A DNA stretch of 64,000 nucleotides, taken from NCBI RefSeq assembly GCF_001194135.2, contig NC_068990.1:19418235-19482234 (forward strand). Reading direction: 5' to 3'. The notes beneath the pieces were generated by a model. The model was not told the DNA's origin. It worked only from the letters and a program-made list of their open reading frames with translations, and searched no databases. The stretch's first letter is position 1; the number at the start of each line of letters is the position of its first letter. Of the stretch, positions 53,579-64,000 are shown in pieces. The translations under genes were made by a program, and so were the position numbers. This DNA comes from Octopus bimaculoides (Eukaryota).

Positions 53579-54242
53579 GATTTTCGAAATATTGGTAAGG
53601 AATAACGAAAGACATCAGTTTACAATAATTAGATAGAACTTTGTAAAGTTATTAAAAGACATGCTTCAATTTACGTTCATATTCAAATAACATATATTTC
53701 GTATTCTCTCGAAAAATTTTCAGTTTTTTTAAAAAAGTGAATAAGCATTATATTAATTTCTTCTATTATTTTCTTTTCTTCTTTGATTTAATTTACAAAG
53801 CAATAAATGAACAAAAAAAAAATATATATATATAAATGGAATAAAAAAGCATATATTCTGGTTAATTTCTAGTTCTGTTTGTACTTTATGGAATAGTATT
53901 CTCAAAGCAATTTGGCAAGTAGACAGATATCGATAATCGAACTTAGTAAATTGTTTGATATGATTTTGAAAGGAAATACTGATTCAGCTGTTATTTCCTC
54001 TTAGTCTGTTTCTGTCATCACTTAGTTATTTCCCCAACATCATTTGATATTCTTCTCTTACATTTCTCTCGTTTCCTCGATCTCCTCTTTCTTCTTTTTC
54101 ACTCCGTGCGAATAACCATCTCTAACGTTTTGCTCTGTTCTCCATTTCTATGATATTTTTTCCATCCTCTCTATTACGCACATAGATTCTCTTTCTCATC
54201 TCCCTCTCCAGCACACCTTCTCTCCCTCCTTCCCTCTCTTTG

Positions 54243-54280
<38 letters not shown>

Positions 54281-54771
54281 TCTCTCTCTGTTATACTAAT
54301 CTCTTAATATACATTGGCGTTAAACCATGAAATGTAAAATAACTGTTTGTAAGGAAGCCATATTTAAGGTATAAGATGTTTCTATACATACCGGTGCGTA
54401 TACACAAACATATATAAATACTCACACACATGTATGAATATGCGTATATGCACTAGTCTTTCTGTATCATTGAAGTGTGTGTGAGTGTGCGCATGTATGT
54501 ATGTATGCATATAATTATATATATATACATATATATACAAAGAAAGAGAGAAAGAGAGAGAAATACATAGATATAGATATATATGTATGTATATATGCAT
54601 ACCTATACACACATAGTTATATATATAAATGCACATACATGCACATATATATTCGTGCATATGCGTGTGCGTAGGATAAATAGAGGCTTATTAAACTAAA
54701 AGGAAACTCAGTACAGGGTGAGATAAGTATTTTAGTTAAAGTACTTCGTTATTTAATATTTCATATGCTTA

Positions 54772-55354
54772 ATGGGGTGAGCTGCCAGGACCGTTAGCAC
54801 GCCGGGCAAAATGCTTAGCGGTATTTCGTCTGTCTTTACGTTCTGAGTTCAAATTCCACCGAGGACGACTTTGCCTTTCATCCTTTCGGGGTCGATAAAT
54901 TAAGTACCAGTTACGCACTGGGGTCGATGTAATCGACTTAATCCATTCGTCTGTTCTTGTTTGTTCCCTCTATGTTTAGCCCCTTGTGGGCAATAACGAA
55001 ACAGGTATTTCGACTCTCTTTACGTTCTGAGTTCAAATTCCACCGAGGACGACTTTGCCTTTCATCCTTTCGGGGTCGATAAATTAAGTACCAGTTACGC
55101 AGTGGGGTCGATGTAATCGACTTAATCCATTCGTCTGTTCTTGTTTGTTCCCTCTATGTTTAGCCCCTTGTGGGCAATAACGAAACAGGTATTTCGTCTC
55201 TCTTTACGTTCTGAGTTCAAATTCCACCGAGGACGACTTTCTCTTTCATCCTTTTGGGGTCGATAAAATAAGTATCTGTTGCGTAATGGAGTCGATCCAA
55301 TCGACTGGCCCCCCTCCCCCCAAATTTCTGGCCTTGTGCCTAAAGTAGAAAAGG
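54772..55354 (+). mobile_element. SINE B trimer (one head plus 184-bp tandem units) in a 17-bp TSD
   Basis: ggtatttcg recurs at 54820, 55004 and 55188; aatatttcatatgctta at 54755-54771 and 55355-55371. Confidence 0.9.
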
Positions 55355-55374
55355 AATATTTCATATGCTTAGCG

Positions 55375-55583
55375 CGGCGACCTGCTAGAATTTTATCATC
55401 CCGAACAAAATGCTTCGAGATATTTCATCTGTCATTATGTTCTGAGTTAAAATGCCGCCGGGGTCGACTTTGCCTTTCTTCTTATCGGGCTGAATAATAT
55501 AAGTACTAGTTCAGTACTGGAGTAGATACAATTGACTTATTCTTCCCATGAAACTACAGGAGTTGTGCCAAAATTTGAAATCG
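55375..55583 (+). mobile_element. Older SINE family B copy
   Basis: gttctgagttaaaatgccgccggggtcgactttgccttt; right flank atatttcgtatgctta. Confidence 0.8.
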
Positions 55584-55615
55584 ATATTTCGTATGCTTAC
55601 CGGATCATTAGAGTA

Positions 55616-55830
55616 CGCGTGGGTGCTGGAAAGTGTCTGGCTGTATGAGAACTGCGAATGCCCAGGTTGGCACACCAACCTTCCGAGTTCTTTTAGGACT
55701 TAAGGAAACTGAAGGACCGCTAGAATAAGTGTGTGAATTGTAGAGTGCAATATGTTGGATAAAATTATACTTAACTGATCTTCCGGTATTTTCTCTTATC
55801 CAAAGCCAGGAACTTTTCAGCACCCCCGCG
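55616..55830 (+). mobile_element. Mariner internal-deletion derivative
   Basis: TA-flanked TIRs cgcgtgggtgctggaaagtgtctggct / agccaggaacttttcagcacccccgcg; retains the transposase end KDR*NKCVNCRVQYVG*. Confidence 0.85.
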
Positions 55831-56379
55831 TAACTCTTGAAAAAGAGCTCATTGTCAAGCACTCAAACCCAGTTGAATGCATATGGTTTGGAAACAAAAT
55901 ACTAACACACCCAGGAGTTTCTTGACTAAGAAATTAATGTTTCTTTGAACTGAAATTTTCCCACGTTGGACGAGTGAAACCTTGGCAATATTTACAGAAG
56001 ATAAAACGAATGATATTTTGGCACCCAAGAGAGCTAATCTTATTTACCAGTTCTATAGAAATTATTATCAGGAAAACTTGCGAATAGGAGCGAGGAACAC
56101 TTACATTTACACAATCTACTTCCTGATGATAACAATGAGTGCTTGTTAAGAGGAGCAAAATAATATATTTGAATCGACAAATGAGTGAGGAAACAATTAC
56201 AAACGGAGGAAGCGTTATGTAGCAAACGGGTTTTATCGGTTAGAAGAAAGCATATGTTGAAAGCACAACTATTCCTCAGACTTATAGGGAAAATAATCTG
56301 GACCGTTATGGATGAGTATGATAAATTACGAAAAGGAAACAAAAACCCGCGTTACAACCATTTGCTTTTATTTTACCAG

Positions 56380-56560
56380 ATTGTTATCTATGCTATCTCC
56401 CCTATTATTTCTTGTGGCTTATAATCTACACTTCTGACAGCTGAGAACAATAAAATTTGAGTAGAGTCTAAGGAAACTAAGAACTAGTTAATGATATTTT
56501 TAACAATGGATGACCTAAAGTTATATGGCAGAGCGAAGAAAGAATCGGATCAAACCAGAT
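56380..56560 (+). mobile_element. Decayed RT fragment of an R4-like LINE
   Basis: AISPIIS...LMIFLTMDDLKLYG matches LSPLLF...HLLYMDDLKLY. Confidence 0.6.
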
Positions 56561-57759
56561 TTAAATCCGTATATAATAGTCTGCGCTAAAGCAGAGAAAT
56601 GTATTGTAAAATGTTGTCTCGTTAACCTTCGATAATAATGCCACGGGAAACTATCAACAACAATCAAGAAATAACTCTAAATCCAATCCACATCTTACAG
56701 CATTTATTAACGGCTGTAATAACCGTTATATATTTTTTTTGTCGTAGACTTTTATATCCTCAGCTTTTGAAGTTGAAGTCATCCAATTGCTCTGTCTCAT
56801 AATGAATTCTTTTTAAGAAACATGCACATACTATTGTCTCAAAGATTTGAATTCCTTATCTCTTCTCATCGCATAGTGGGTTTATAATAATATCATCTCA
56901 TTGTTCACCAAATATTACATCAAACATACCTATTTTTTTTATTTTGCTTGTTGCATTTCTTCCCCGTTACTGTAATTTCCATTGTTTTAATCCTCGTGCA
57001 CATTTCTGTAATTTCCCCGACTTCCTAGTGTATTAATTTTCCAAGATATTGCCTCATATCTCTTTATGCTGCATCCGTTATTTTACTTTTTTTTCTTCTT
57101 TTTTTTTCTATTAGGATTCTGTGTCGTTATAATTGTTTCCAAAGCATAATCAAGACACAAAACCAGATATCTTCATTCTGCTGTCCGGTAATGAAATCAA
57201 TAAAACTATGACTGAATTTTCCATGTCAATGACTACATTCAGCTGACAGATATAGTGTGATAACGAATCTTCAATCAGACTTTTCTATTGTCGCATATAG
57301 GATTTCATTCTGAAGGTGATTATTACTAGCTGTTAAAGTTGAGACATCGAAATACATAAAAGCTGATCGAGTCTGGAATAATCTGACAATATCAGAATAT
57401 TATCGATGTTTCAGTTTTCTTTTCTATTGTAGTTTGACGAAGTAATCATGATAATTTCCGATTTTACGGCATGTCTATTTTCATACAGTCATTTGCGTAG
57501 AAATGTATTAGTTATCTTCGTCGCAGCTGTACATGCTAGAAAAATGATTTCAATGTTCTCTATTGAAAGTTGTATCGTGTTAAATGGATGGCGGGTGTGA
57601 ATAACGCACAAAGACCGTCTCATTCTCGCTATGTCACCACTATTACGATATATCCGCCCCCCACATAATACGGAATTTATTCAGTACGCCTTCCTCTAAA
57701 TACATCGCATAGAAAAGAACCTTTTACGAGAGTAAGTGTTGGTAAGGCTGTATAATAAC

Positions 57760-57870
57760 CTACAATATTTTCCCAAATTTGTGTTAACATTAACTTGTTG
57801 CGTGATTGTTTCACCAAGAATATCTTCAACAAAACTTAACATATTTTGAGAAAATATTGTGCTGACTCGC
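57760..57870 (-). CDS. Candidate exon 4 (RVSTIFSQNMLSFVEDILGETITQQVNVNTNLGKYC)
   Basis: Acceptor aattctgtccag, donor TAG|GTTATT, 111 nt, phase 2->2, inside a ~105-codon open frame. Confidence 0.35.
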
Positions 57871-58091
57871 CTGGACAGAATTGTTATAGTACTTACCATT
57901 GCAATGGTCAGATGGATACTTGATATTAATCCTTCACTTAGCTTAAGGAGAATACTTCGATTTGAGTGGATTTTGTTCAGAGTGGTATGTACGTATTCGG
58001 ACCATATAGCTTAGTTTCTTTCACTAGTCGCTCGATCACTTGAAATAGGTCGTCACTAGTGTTGATCACTACGCTCTAAATATGTGTGTGT

Positions 58092-58140
<49 letters not shown>

Positions 58141-58698
58141 TGCGTGTGTGTCAGTGTGTTTACAATAATAACCTTTCATTTAGATCATACACACTAAAAG
58201 TTATTTGATACTACTTTGGTAAACAACATCTTTGAGGGAATCTATTTGAAATTAAAGAAGATCACATGCTGTTTCCCTTGCAGAAAATAAAATTACCTAT
58301 TTTCGCTTAGGAGCGGATGTGTATAATGAATTCCCTTCTTTTGTGTTTGAATGTGTGTGCCTGTGAGTGCGTGTGTGTGCGCGTATGTCTTCCTTGAATC
58401 CATCAAAGAAATATATTCCAAAATATCAACCGAGATATTTCATTAGCTCAAAGTGTAACCAAAATAATTGATAACCGAAAACCCCACTCCATCTCTCACA
58501 AAATCGTACTCAAACAGCATCATGTGAATGTTCTATTCTTATCAACTTACGAATATTATTTTCCAACAGCTCCAAGTAATACTTTAAAATATAACTGTTG
58601 TATAGATACTCAATAACGTTCTGTTAGTGGTATATAGGCGTTAAGGAAATATGTGTGTGTTATTAGCGACATGGTATTTGTCTCCGGCTTAATATGAT

Positions 58699-58699
<1 letters not shown>

Positions 58700-58786
<87 letters not shown>

Positions 58787-58787
58787 G
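58700..58787. repeat. (CTG)n(CTA)n tract at the 3' end of the RLE LINE
   Basis: Direct reading. Confidence 0.9.
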
Positions 58788-58794
58788 TTGGAAA

Positions 58795-59120
58795 AGAAAA
58801 CAATCCCAACAAGTAACCTTAAATGCCTAGAACCCTCCTAAGTATCCTTGCTGTCCCTAATAACACTGTTTACTGGAGCGGTACTAAACTGGGTTTTGTG
58901 CCTATTTCGGCTATCCATCTGTTCAGATCTTTGGAGATAGTTCCCAATGCACCTATAACAACTGGGATACATTTTACCCGCACATTCCATAGTCTCTGTA
59001 ATTCAATTGCTAGGTCCTGGTACTTTGCTATTTGTTTACTTACTACCAAATCAAGCCTTCTAGCTACTATTACTCTGTCAGTCTGAATGTTAAGGCCCCA
59101 CATCTTGTATTTATTACTTT
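58795..59120 (-). mobile_element. R4/Dong-type LINE RLE endonuclease C-terminus
   Basis: WGLNIQTDRVIVARRLDLVV..KYQDLAIELQRLWNVRVKCIPVVIGALGTI..VLLGTARILRRVL. Confidence 0.9.
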
Positions 59121-59172
59121 TTAGTACTTTACTAGGTTCATGTTCATACCATTTATCAGTATGTTCAAATCC

Positions 59173-59174
<2 letters not shown>

Positions 59175-59204
<30 letters not shown>

Positions 59205-59440
59205 GTTCAGTAGTTTTATTTTTATAACGTGCTTTCACTTCACTACCGAGCGCAGCTCTGTGCGCCTTGGGTATGTGCTGTGGTTTGCTGTGGTGCTCTT
59301 ATGTTTACTGTATTGAAAGTGTTTTGCGTAGAATGTGTGCAGTACCCAGTAGTGCAATTTTCTGTATGTTATATATATTTGTAAGTCCTGGTGTTTTTGT
59401 TATGTATTTGTTTGAGTATTTTATTATTATTATTATTTAA
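59175..59440 (-). mobile_element. R4/Dong-type LINE extreme 3' end flanked by (TAA)n
   Basis: IQKIALLGTAHILRKTLSIQ* followed by 3'UTR and (AAT)n. Confidence 0.85.
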
Positions 59441-59908
59441 AAATGAAACCGCTGTATTTATTTCTGTTTTGTATGTACTATCTATGTTGTTAAACCTATG
59501 TTAGTTTTGAAGTTGCACGTTTACAAAAAAAACATCGAACCTACAGATGTGATCAGCTCGTATTTCAGAGACTCATTTAGTCAGACAACGTTCAGTGTGT
59601 TTTTAACTTTAAAACTTGCGCATATAAGTGCCCCATTTGAAACATATTTTTATTTTATGAATATGTAAGTTTACGCTAGTATCAGTAATCATAGATTTGG
59701 GTATTACACTCGGCTGCATGTGAGGTTAATCATTGCGTCGTATAGTATTTCACGTATATGCCTTTACGTTTTAAGACATGTAACAATGTACTTTACCTCC
59801 CCATTCCTATCCCGTCGATAAAAAATAATAGTAATGAGTTGAGCAAGAACGGATCAACGCTGATAATGTGCCAATATAAGAAATCGTTATCGAAGGAAAA
59901 TTAAATAC

Positions 59909-60028
59909 GTTTTATTTATAACATTAAAATCTTCTGAACTTAATTTTGTTGCTTCTGTTGTTGTTCTAGATGCCTCTTTTCGTTTATGTATATCTTGTAA
60001 AACTTTAATTTTATTGCGTCTTCTACAT
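59909..60028 (-). CDS. Candidate exon 3 (CRRRNKIKVLQDIHKRKEASRTTTEATKLSSEDFNVINK)
   Basis: Acceptor tttcattactacag, donor AAC|GTATTT, 120 nt, phase 2->2; the 5' boundary is ambiguous (see findings). Confidence 0.35.
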
Positions 60029-61044
60029 CTGTAGTAATGAAACCCAGCAGGTCATTTAGAGGTAGATCACTCAGAAAATTAGCACGTGAAGTGTGGTCTC
60101 CATTTTCACAAATGACAAATTAAACGATTTTACTATCGATCAACAAAATGTAAAATAAATGTTATCAACCCTGAAATCTTTATGCCAGTTCTTCGGAAAT
60201 AGTGAAATTTTACTGTCATTCATTGTCTTAAATACATTAGATTCATGAAAAGAGCAATAGATTTATTGTTATTGTTCACTACATTTGTAATGATCATTTT
60301 CACTTTATTTCCATTGTTGTCTGTCAGTGTTCAAGGATTCTTTCCATAGAACGTTTCTGTGATGAAACAGCGTTTCCTTCTAGGAATCTGTTTTTTTTGT
60401 GTGTTTTAGATTTAGGTTTTCCGATGTGTTTCTTCAATTACATCGACATCCAATATGGCTGGTATTAACAAAAAATCCATTTCTCAGCACCGGCAACACT
60501 AATGGAGCTAACCAGTTCCAATAAACGCAGCAAATCACCTTATTTTACATTCTTCCCACTTCTAACTGATGCGTGTCTTTTAACAGTTAGGCACAGATTG
60601 CAATACTATATATATGTAAAAAAGAATCAGATCTAAATGTGAAACGAAGCGAAATTAAAAAAGCAGTCGTTAAATTAATACTCCACAGATATACATTTGA
60701 TCGATTAACACTATTTCAGAGGAATGTTTTTTAGATTTTTTCCTAAATCCTACAAATTGGTTAACAAGCAAACATAAAGAAAATCATCTTAAATATAAAT
60801 AACTTCGCCATTAATACAACTGTTTCAATTGGAAAGGAGAGGACTTCCCATTAAGTGTAAATTCGATCACGAAAACAACAATTAGATTAGCTATGGATGT
60901 AGAATAATATATTAGATAAGCTCCTGGCAACACAGTTTCAAGTCTTGTTTGTAGAACATTCAAGTCAATTTAAAATATTTTTCAAGGATTCGTCCATAAT
61001 GTTGTAGTACATATCACCTGCCGATATATGAATGCATATCAACA

Positions 61045-61090
61045 CAGACAGACAGACACACACACACACACACATACACTTACACAGACA

Positions 61091-61157
<67 letters not shown>

Positions 61158-61159
61158 AT

Positions 61160-61190
<31 letters not shown>

Positions 61191-61205
61191 CATATACACA
61201 TGCAT
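61045..61205. repeat. (CA)n microsatellite
   Basis: Direct reading. Confidence 0.95.
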
Positions 61206-62062
61206 ATATATGGGAACAGGACGTCACCAAACAGTAAACAACATGAAATACGAAAGCAAATGAGTTCAATACGCAAACAGCGAAAGAAACAAATGGAAAA
61301 CGGGACAAGTAACATAAAGAACGACCCTTCGTCAGTTGTCGGCAGTCTATCTACTCATTTCGAGCATTGAACGACAATATGAGGCTTCGAAAACAGTTGC
61401 TCCCATACGTGCCTAAATAAAATTTGGAATTTATGCAGGATCAAAGTTGGGAACAAAAACAGGACATTGGAGATAAAGAAGGAGGGTCGTTAAACAAGAA
61501 CGAGGGTAGAAATAGCGAATGCTGGAGAAATATATTCTTTGAGAAGAGAAAAGATATAGAAGATAGATAGGATACGTGCTGTACTTACGAAAGAGAAGAA
61601 AGATGATCACGTGAGGAATATAAAAGTGGACGATGGTCACGTGTGAGCAACGAGAGAGAGAAAGAGGAAAAGAGATACATAGACAGAAAACGGTGAAGTG
61701 GAGGAAAAAAGAGAATTAGTGAAAGGATGAGAGAGAAAACAGTATAGGGTAGAGTCGCATCATAAGATAAAGATAAACTTACTTCGAAATATATAAATTG
61801 AAACACATCAGCTACTTTTGGGACACTGTGTAGAATAATTTAGCATGAAATGTCAAATATTTCATTCTATTTGTCATATTATACAGTACAGAAAGTTAAT
61901 AATCATAAGATTTATTATTTAGTCCGTCTAAGAAATCTAAGAGTCAAAAAACTTTCTCCAAGTCTAAAGGAATAAAAGTTGGGCAAATGCATTTTAGACA
62001 AGGAGAGAATGTACCCATTCATTTTCTTCTAGGTAAACCGGAAAGTTCTGCAACAGTTTTAC

Positions 62063-62188
62063 AACAACTCTGGCATTTTAAAAAATGTTTGTTCAATTGA
62101 CTTCAGATGATAACTTCTAAAGTTTGTTGGCGAAGTGAAATTGAAACTTTTATGCACGGATGTTATATTTGTAAACCAAAATTCTATC
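62063..62188 (-). CDS. Candidate exon 2 (IEFWFTNITSVHKSFNFTSPTNFRSYHLKSIEQTFFKMPEL)
   Basis: Very strong acceptor ttttcccctcgttttgtag; only one frame is open and it is phase 2, matching exon 1; donor GTT|GTAAAA is weaker. Confidence 0.5.
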
Positions 62189-62638
62189 CTACAAAACGAG
62201 GGGAAAATATTTATTCTTCTTACACAATTTTCTACTTCGCAACACACGGGAAGCGGAAATAAGGTTAATTTGTAATGATATATGTTTCAAAAGTCAAATA
62301 ATTTTAGATGTGTCTGCGATGATTTTATCTTCTTGATTTTTCGATTACAATAATACATTCTAGTCAGCAAATTACCTCTTCAATACATGTATTACGACTC
62401 ATTTCCGTTGTTATGTTATGACTATATATCGATCAATTTCCTGATACATTCCTACGTACCCAATGTCAGACGTTAGACGAGTCTGTGCTAACGAAAAGTC
62501 ATGTAATCGACAGACAACAATGAAAATGTAGAATAAACATGGTATTGTTGTGAAATATTAAAATTTGAATTACAGTGAATCACTTTCATGAGTTTTGTAG
62601 ACGTTGATAAAAATAGGCTTCAATGAAGAAAATGTTAT

Positions 62639-62672
<34 letters not shown>

Positions 62673-62732
62673 TTATAGATACATACTGAGTGGCAAGAGT
62701 ACAACATCCTCTGACAAGAATAAACCACTACG

Positions 62733-62796
62733 TATAAATAGTAGCGGTCTGACGTAGTCTGCAGTTTGTAGTTTGGTCTTCGAAGTCCAGGTACGG
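62733..62796 (+). promoter_or_regulatory. Candidate TATA + Inr core promoter with short first exon
   Basis: TATAAATA at 62733; Inr-like GCAGTT with its A at 62763 (30 nt downstream); donor CCAG|GTACGG at 62790/62791. Confidence 0.35.
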
Positions 62797-62999
62797 TTTA
62801 CAGTTCGAGTTAGTGTGTTGGAAATATTGATTATTGGCTCGTAAAAGATTGTTGGCTCGTTGCGTTTTTGTTATTGCCGCTGTTTCTATTTTGCATTGTT
62901 ACAAGAGAGTTACAGTGTATTCTTTATCTTTCGTCGACAATATCAACCATATTGAAGGCGTAAGGAAATAGCACATATATACATATATATACACCTCAC

Positions 63000-63147
63000 A
63001 GCCAGGCTCAGGCTTCCTAATCACATGGTCCCATAGTTCCGAGTTCAGTCCCTCTCTGTGGAACCTTCGGCATCTATTTTCCATTATAACCTCGAGCCGA
63101 CAAAAGCGTTCTGAGTGGATTTGGTAGACGGTAGCTAAAAAAAGCAC

Positions 63148-63202
<55 letters not shown>

Positions 63203-63450
63203 GCATATCAATATTTGGCTTTGTGTCTGTGTGCCCCTCCCCCAATCACCGCTTGACAACCGTAGGTGTCTTTACGTTACCGTGAAACTAGCAGTTGGCA
63301 AAAGAGAGACCGATAGAATAAGTACTAGGCTTTTAAAAAGTAAGTCCTTGGGTCGATTTGTTTGATTAGAGTCTTTGAAGGCAGAGCCCCAGGATGGCTG
63401 CTGTAAAATGACTGAAACAATTAAAAGAATAGGAGAATAAAGAATAAATG
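63000..63450 (+). mobile_element. SINE family A
   Basis: gagttcagtccc head, internal (TA)n, cgcttgacaacc...gaccgatagaataagtactaggc...aaatgactgaaacaa. Confidence 0.9.
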
Positions 63451-63656
63451 AATATATTTCGTGTTACGCTAAGAAACGGTGCACGGCAGCAAATTTTTTC
63501 GCGTCGAGTCAAATATAACAAACTACTGAAAATCGTCGTGTGAATATCTGCATAAGTGGAGTCTGCACCGGCTAGTTTGTACTGAGATCCACTCGTATAA
63601 GTTGTAATAATGAAGTCCAACCATCTATTGATATTCTGAAATCATTCAAAACTCAC

Positions 63657-63781
63657 GTTTCAGGTTTGTATTCATTATTAAGATCTTCCGCAGTTTTTTT
63701 TTTCAGCAATATGTCTCTGATGACGGAATATCCCATACTCGAGGATATCCCAGAAACAGGTGTAATATTTTGAATTTCTTC
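63657..63781 (-). CDS. Candidate exon 1 of minus-strand gene model, unknown product (EEIQNITPVSGISSSMGYSVIRDILLKKKTAEDLNNEYKPE); may extend 5' to ATG at 63856
   Basis: Acceptor attattacag, perfect donor AAC|GTGAGT, open phase 0->2, non-repetitive, inside ORF 63653..63856; internal ATG in agtATGG context. Confidence 0.55.
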
Positions 63782-63959
63782 CTGTAATAATATTGCATAT
63801 GACCAGAGTTGTTTGCCTTGCCTTAATGTTTGACGCCCCGTCTGCAATGGCTCCATAACTACGGTCTCGGCTATAACCTTGGAGGCCTAGTAATCCGTTA
63901 CAGCGCTTACCTAACGTACCTAATCGTTTAGATCACCTGCAAACTAAACTCCCTTTCTT

Positions 63960-64000
<41 letters not shown>

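Noticed and set aside
54820-55354. Regularly spaced repeats (CRISPR-like?)
   Set aside because: Units are near-identical SINE bodies with no unique spacers; eukaryotic DNA with no cas genes
61320-61492. Possible MITE with AACGACCCT ends
   Set aside because: Inverted match of only ~9 bp and no TSD
62635-62913. Solo LTR
   Set aside because: No TSD, and AATAAA precedes rather than follows the TATA box
63718-63768. CTGATGA..GAAAC..GTA hammerhead-like string
   Set aside because: No 10.1-11.1 pair, stem I needs a 4-nt bulge, and it is antisense to candidate exon 1; likely chance

Overview
Eukaryotic, AT-rich, repeat-dense scaffold with 11 N-gaps, most of them at microsatellites. The repeat families look like those of a coleoid cephalopod, probably Octopus (inference from recalled repeat families; no search was run). 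Most of the window is intron-like. It holds about 30 copies of at least four tRNA-derived SINE families (my labels A-D), decayed non-LTR retrotransposon fragments (CR1/L2-type, RTE, R4/Dong-type RLE), Tc1/mariner and hAT MITEs, and many microsatellites. I recognise no named protein-coding gene. By eye, 13 GT-AG-bounded minus-strand segments between about 63.8 and 39.55 kb join into a roughly 420-codon frame of unknown product containing one in-frame TAG. Further minus-strand exon candidates lie at 28.5, 27.2 and 22.3 kb. I chose some splice sites for phase fit, so this model is provisional. The most interesting items are: a fold-back palindrome of two inverted minimal hammerhead-like motifs (52.2 kb); a tRNA-like Pol III cassette with terminator inside ~83-bp TIRs (38.6 kb); a hairpin-enclosed in-frame UAG that could be an A-to-I stop-removal site (40.78 kb); an 18-nt micro-exon candidate whose polypyrimidine tract is a (CTT)n expansion (28.5 kb); and a SINE trimer inserted into the target-site duplication of an older SINE (54.8 kb).
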